Source: a virus
Taxonomy: Duplodnaviria; Heunggongvirae; Uroviricota; Caudoviricetes
DNA: 64,000 nt
Virus record (IMG/VR): IMGVR_UViG_3300042564_004805
Location: 1 to 64,000 of that record
Strand: one strand, 5' to 3'
Shown here: positions 62,540 to 64,000 of the stretch, piece by piece
Numbering within the stretch: the stretch's first letter is position 1
Layout: every line of letters starts with the position of its first letter
Translations under genes and position numbers: made by a program
The notes under the pieces: generated by a model
What the model was told of the DNA's origin: nothing
What the model saw: only the letters and a program-made list of their open reading frames with translations
Databases searched by the model: none

Positions 62540-64000
62540 TCAAAAACTAAACATGCTGTCAAAAGTTTCGTTGTTTTTGGCATCTTCAAGATTCCAGTGC
62601 AATACACCCAACAAGTTTTCCAGTTTCTTGTCCAAAATTGTGGCCTCCATAAGAGCGTTGTCAAAAGGCATAGACTTGAACCAATCAGGAAGATACAGTT
62701 GATCTACAGGGTATGCAACAGATGTCATACCCAAAGGGTTTGATCTCAGCTTACAGACAATCACCTTTTGCCCGTCTTGAATTCGCATTGATCCATAATC
62801 GTTGTAGATCTCACACAATAGGTTCCAGTTTAGGCTCGCAAGGACATGGCCCGGAATAGTTTTTCTTTTCCCAGTGTCTTTGTTGAGGTCAACGCTTTCC
62901 TGAGCTTTCTTAATCATGCCATATTGAGTAAGGTTATTCACCCTTTTGGGGCTGCCTTTTGCCCAGCTGGGCCATTGGCTGAACTCTGTGCGGAACTCCT
63001 TGATGCGCGTGAAAATGCTGTCTTTGTCAACCTCAGTCAAAACCAAAGTTAAAATCTCACTCAAGAAGTCCTGGACTGGTTTTGGTGTATCACTTCTCTT
63101 GAGATCAAGCCCCATAACTTTGATCTCACCTGGCTTGCCATCTACATCCTTTCGCTTGCCTTCTTTGTCGTAGATCATCACAGCATACCGTTTTTTGGTA
63201 ATGAACAATCCATGGCTTGCTACTAGTTCACGGCCAGCTTTGATCACACTCCTGGATTCAGGTACATTGAATGCCTGTTTCATAAATCCAGGAAAGCTTT
63301 GGTTAGTGATGTCTGCAACTTGATCATACAGTTGCACCACTGCTTCACGACTCCAATCAAAGCTTTTGAAGTCTTCAAGCTGGCTCATTACTGGATATGC
63401 GCTAAAATAAATGCTGTCGGTGTCGCCATATATGACAGCATCACCTTTGTAGTGATATTTCCCTGATATTACCTCATTGATCTTACTACCCATGTGTTTG
63501 ACGATACATCTACCTGTTAAAGTAGTACTTTGTGCAATACGGTTGTCAAACCACGATGAGCTAGAATTTCCGATAGCTCCATAAAGTGAATTTAGCAAAA
63601 TTTTCTTAATCAACTGCCTTCTGTCATAAAAATCAGCTTTTTCTTGATACTCACTCTTCTTAGAGGGATTAGGTTCTTCATCAGCTTTTTTGAAACATGC
63701 TTTGGCTTCTGCCTGCAACTCCTTTCTCTCACCATACCAGCGGGCCAGCAAGCCTGGTACCACACCTTCCTTGTTGAGATCAAAAATAGTGCCATTGGCA
63801 CTGAGCGTCATTTGCTTTTTGGGATTTTCAAAAATCCATTGATACAGTTCGTCAGCACTGAGTTCCACAGTGGTGCCGTCTTCAAAGTCCACAGTCAGCA
63901 TAACCATTTCCCTATTCATCACTTGGTTATACTCAATAATGCCAAACATCTCGTTCCAACTGTCAGCAAAAGTGCGTTTTTCCTTTTGCATCCTGTGTTG
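62540..64000 (-). CDS. family B DNA polymerase (T4 gp43-like), C-terminal part; gene continues beyond the window end
   Basis: motif B KKILLNSLYGAIGN and motif C YGDTDSIYFS; motif A and the exonuclease domain lie upstream, outside the window. Confidence 0.9.
   Translation of the reverse strand, partial: QHRMQKEKRTFADSWNEMFGIIEYNQVMNREMVMLTVDFEDGTTVELSADELYQWIFENPKKQMTLSANGTIFDLNKEGVVPGLLARWYGERKELQAEAKACFKKADEEPNPSKKSEYQEKADFYDRRQLIKKILLNSLYGAIGNSSSSWFDNRIAQSTTLTGRCIVKHMGSKINEVISGKYHYKGDAVIYGDTDSIYFSAYPVMSQLEDFKSFDWSREAVVQLYDQVADITNQSFPGFMKQAFNVPESRSVIKAGRELVASHGLFITKKRYAVMIYDKEGKRKDVDGKPGEIKVMGLDLKRSDTPKPVQDFLSEILTLVLTEVDKDSIFTRIKEFRTEFSQWPSWAKGSPKRVNNLTQYGMIKKAQESVDLNKDTGKRKTIPGHVLASLNWNLLCEIYNDYGSMRIQDGQKVIVCKLRSNPLGMTSVAYPVDQLYLPDWFKSMPFDNALMEATILDKKLENLLGVLHWNLEDAKNNETFDSMFSF

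Noticed and set aside
1-64000. tRNA genes (T4-like phages often carry tRNA clusters)
   Set aside because: I found no GTTCGA/T-loop-like cloverleaf candidates by eye in the few ORF-free gaps. A tRNAscan-SE run would be needed, so nothing is claimed.

Overview
This window is a phage-like (T4-like jumbo myovirus style) genome segment. Most genes are on the minus strand and GC is roughly 40-45%. I read host-type sigma70 promoters with a recurring GTTGACA -35 element, Shine-Dalgarno sites and frequent TTG/GTG starts. A T4-type replisome part set is present: a family B DNA polymerase truncated at the window end, a gp45-like clamp, an RNase H/FEN exonuclease, a DEDDh exonuclease and two HNH homing endonucleases. 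Standout content:

- **RNA repair and translation genes:** a T4 RnlA-like RNA ligase, a second KxHG RNA ligase fused to an OB-fold tRNA-binding domain, a PTH2-type peptidyl-tRNA hydrolase, a small protein with a ribosomal L7/L12 C-terminal domain, a Nudix hydrolase, nucleotidyltransferases and a CYTH protein.
- **Giant fibre gene (28787-35923, plus strand):** a 2378-aa fibre/adhesin with Hep_Hag-like N/G/T-rich beta-roll repeats, about seven near-identical ~618-bp tandem modules and a C-terminal peptidase S74 intramolecular-chaperone domain.
- **Sugar-modification cluster around the fibre:** at least 11 glycosyltransferases (GT2, GT4, GT9, GT17, GT25, GT34-like), a NodU/CmcH carbamoyltransferase, two SAM methyltransferases and an LpxH-like phosphoesterase.
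- **7-deazaguanine genes (FolE, QueE, TGT/DpdA-like, possible QueD-like)** interleaved with those sugar genes, with no QueC in the window.
- **An abrupt ~1.3-kb island of ~70% GC** carrying an intact bacterial-type UDP-glucose 4-epimerase (galE).
- **Two expanded families of small Trp/Cys-rich proteins,** one with at least 12 copies in three tandem clusters.

All calls rest on motif-level reading of the ORF track and the raw sequence; no database search was possible.
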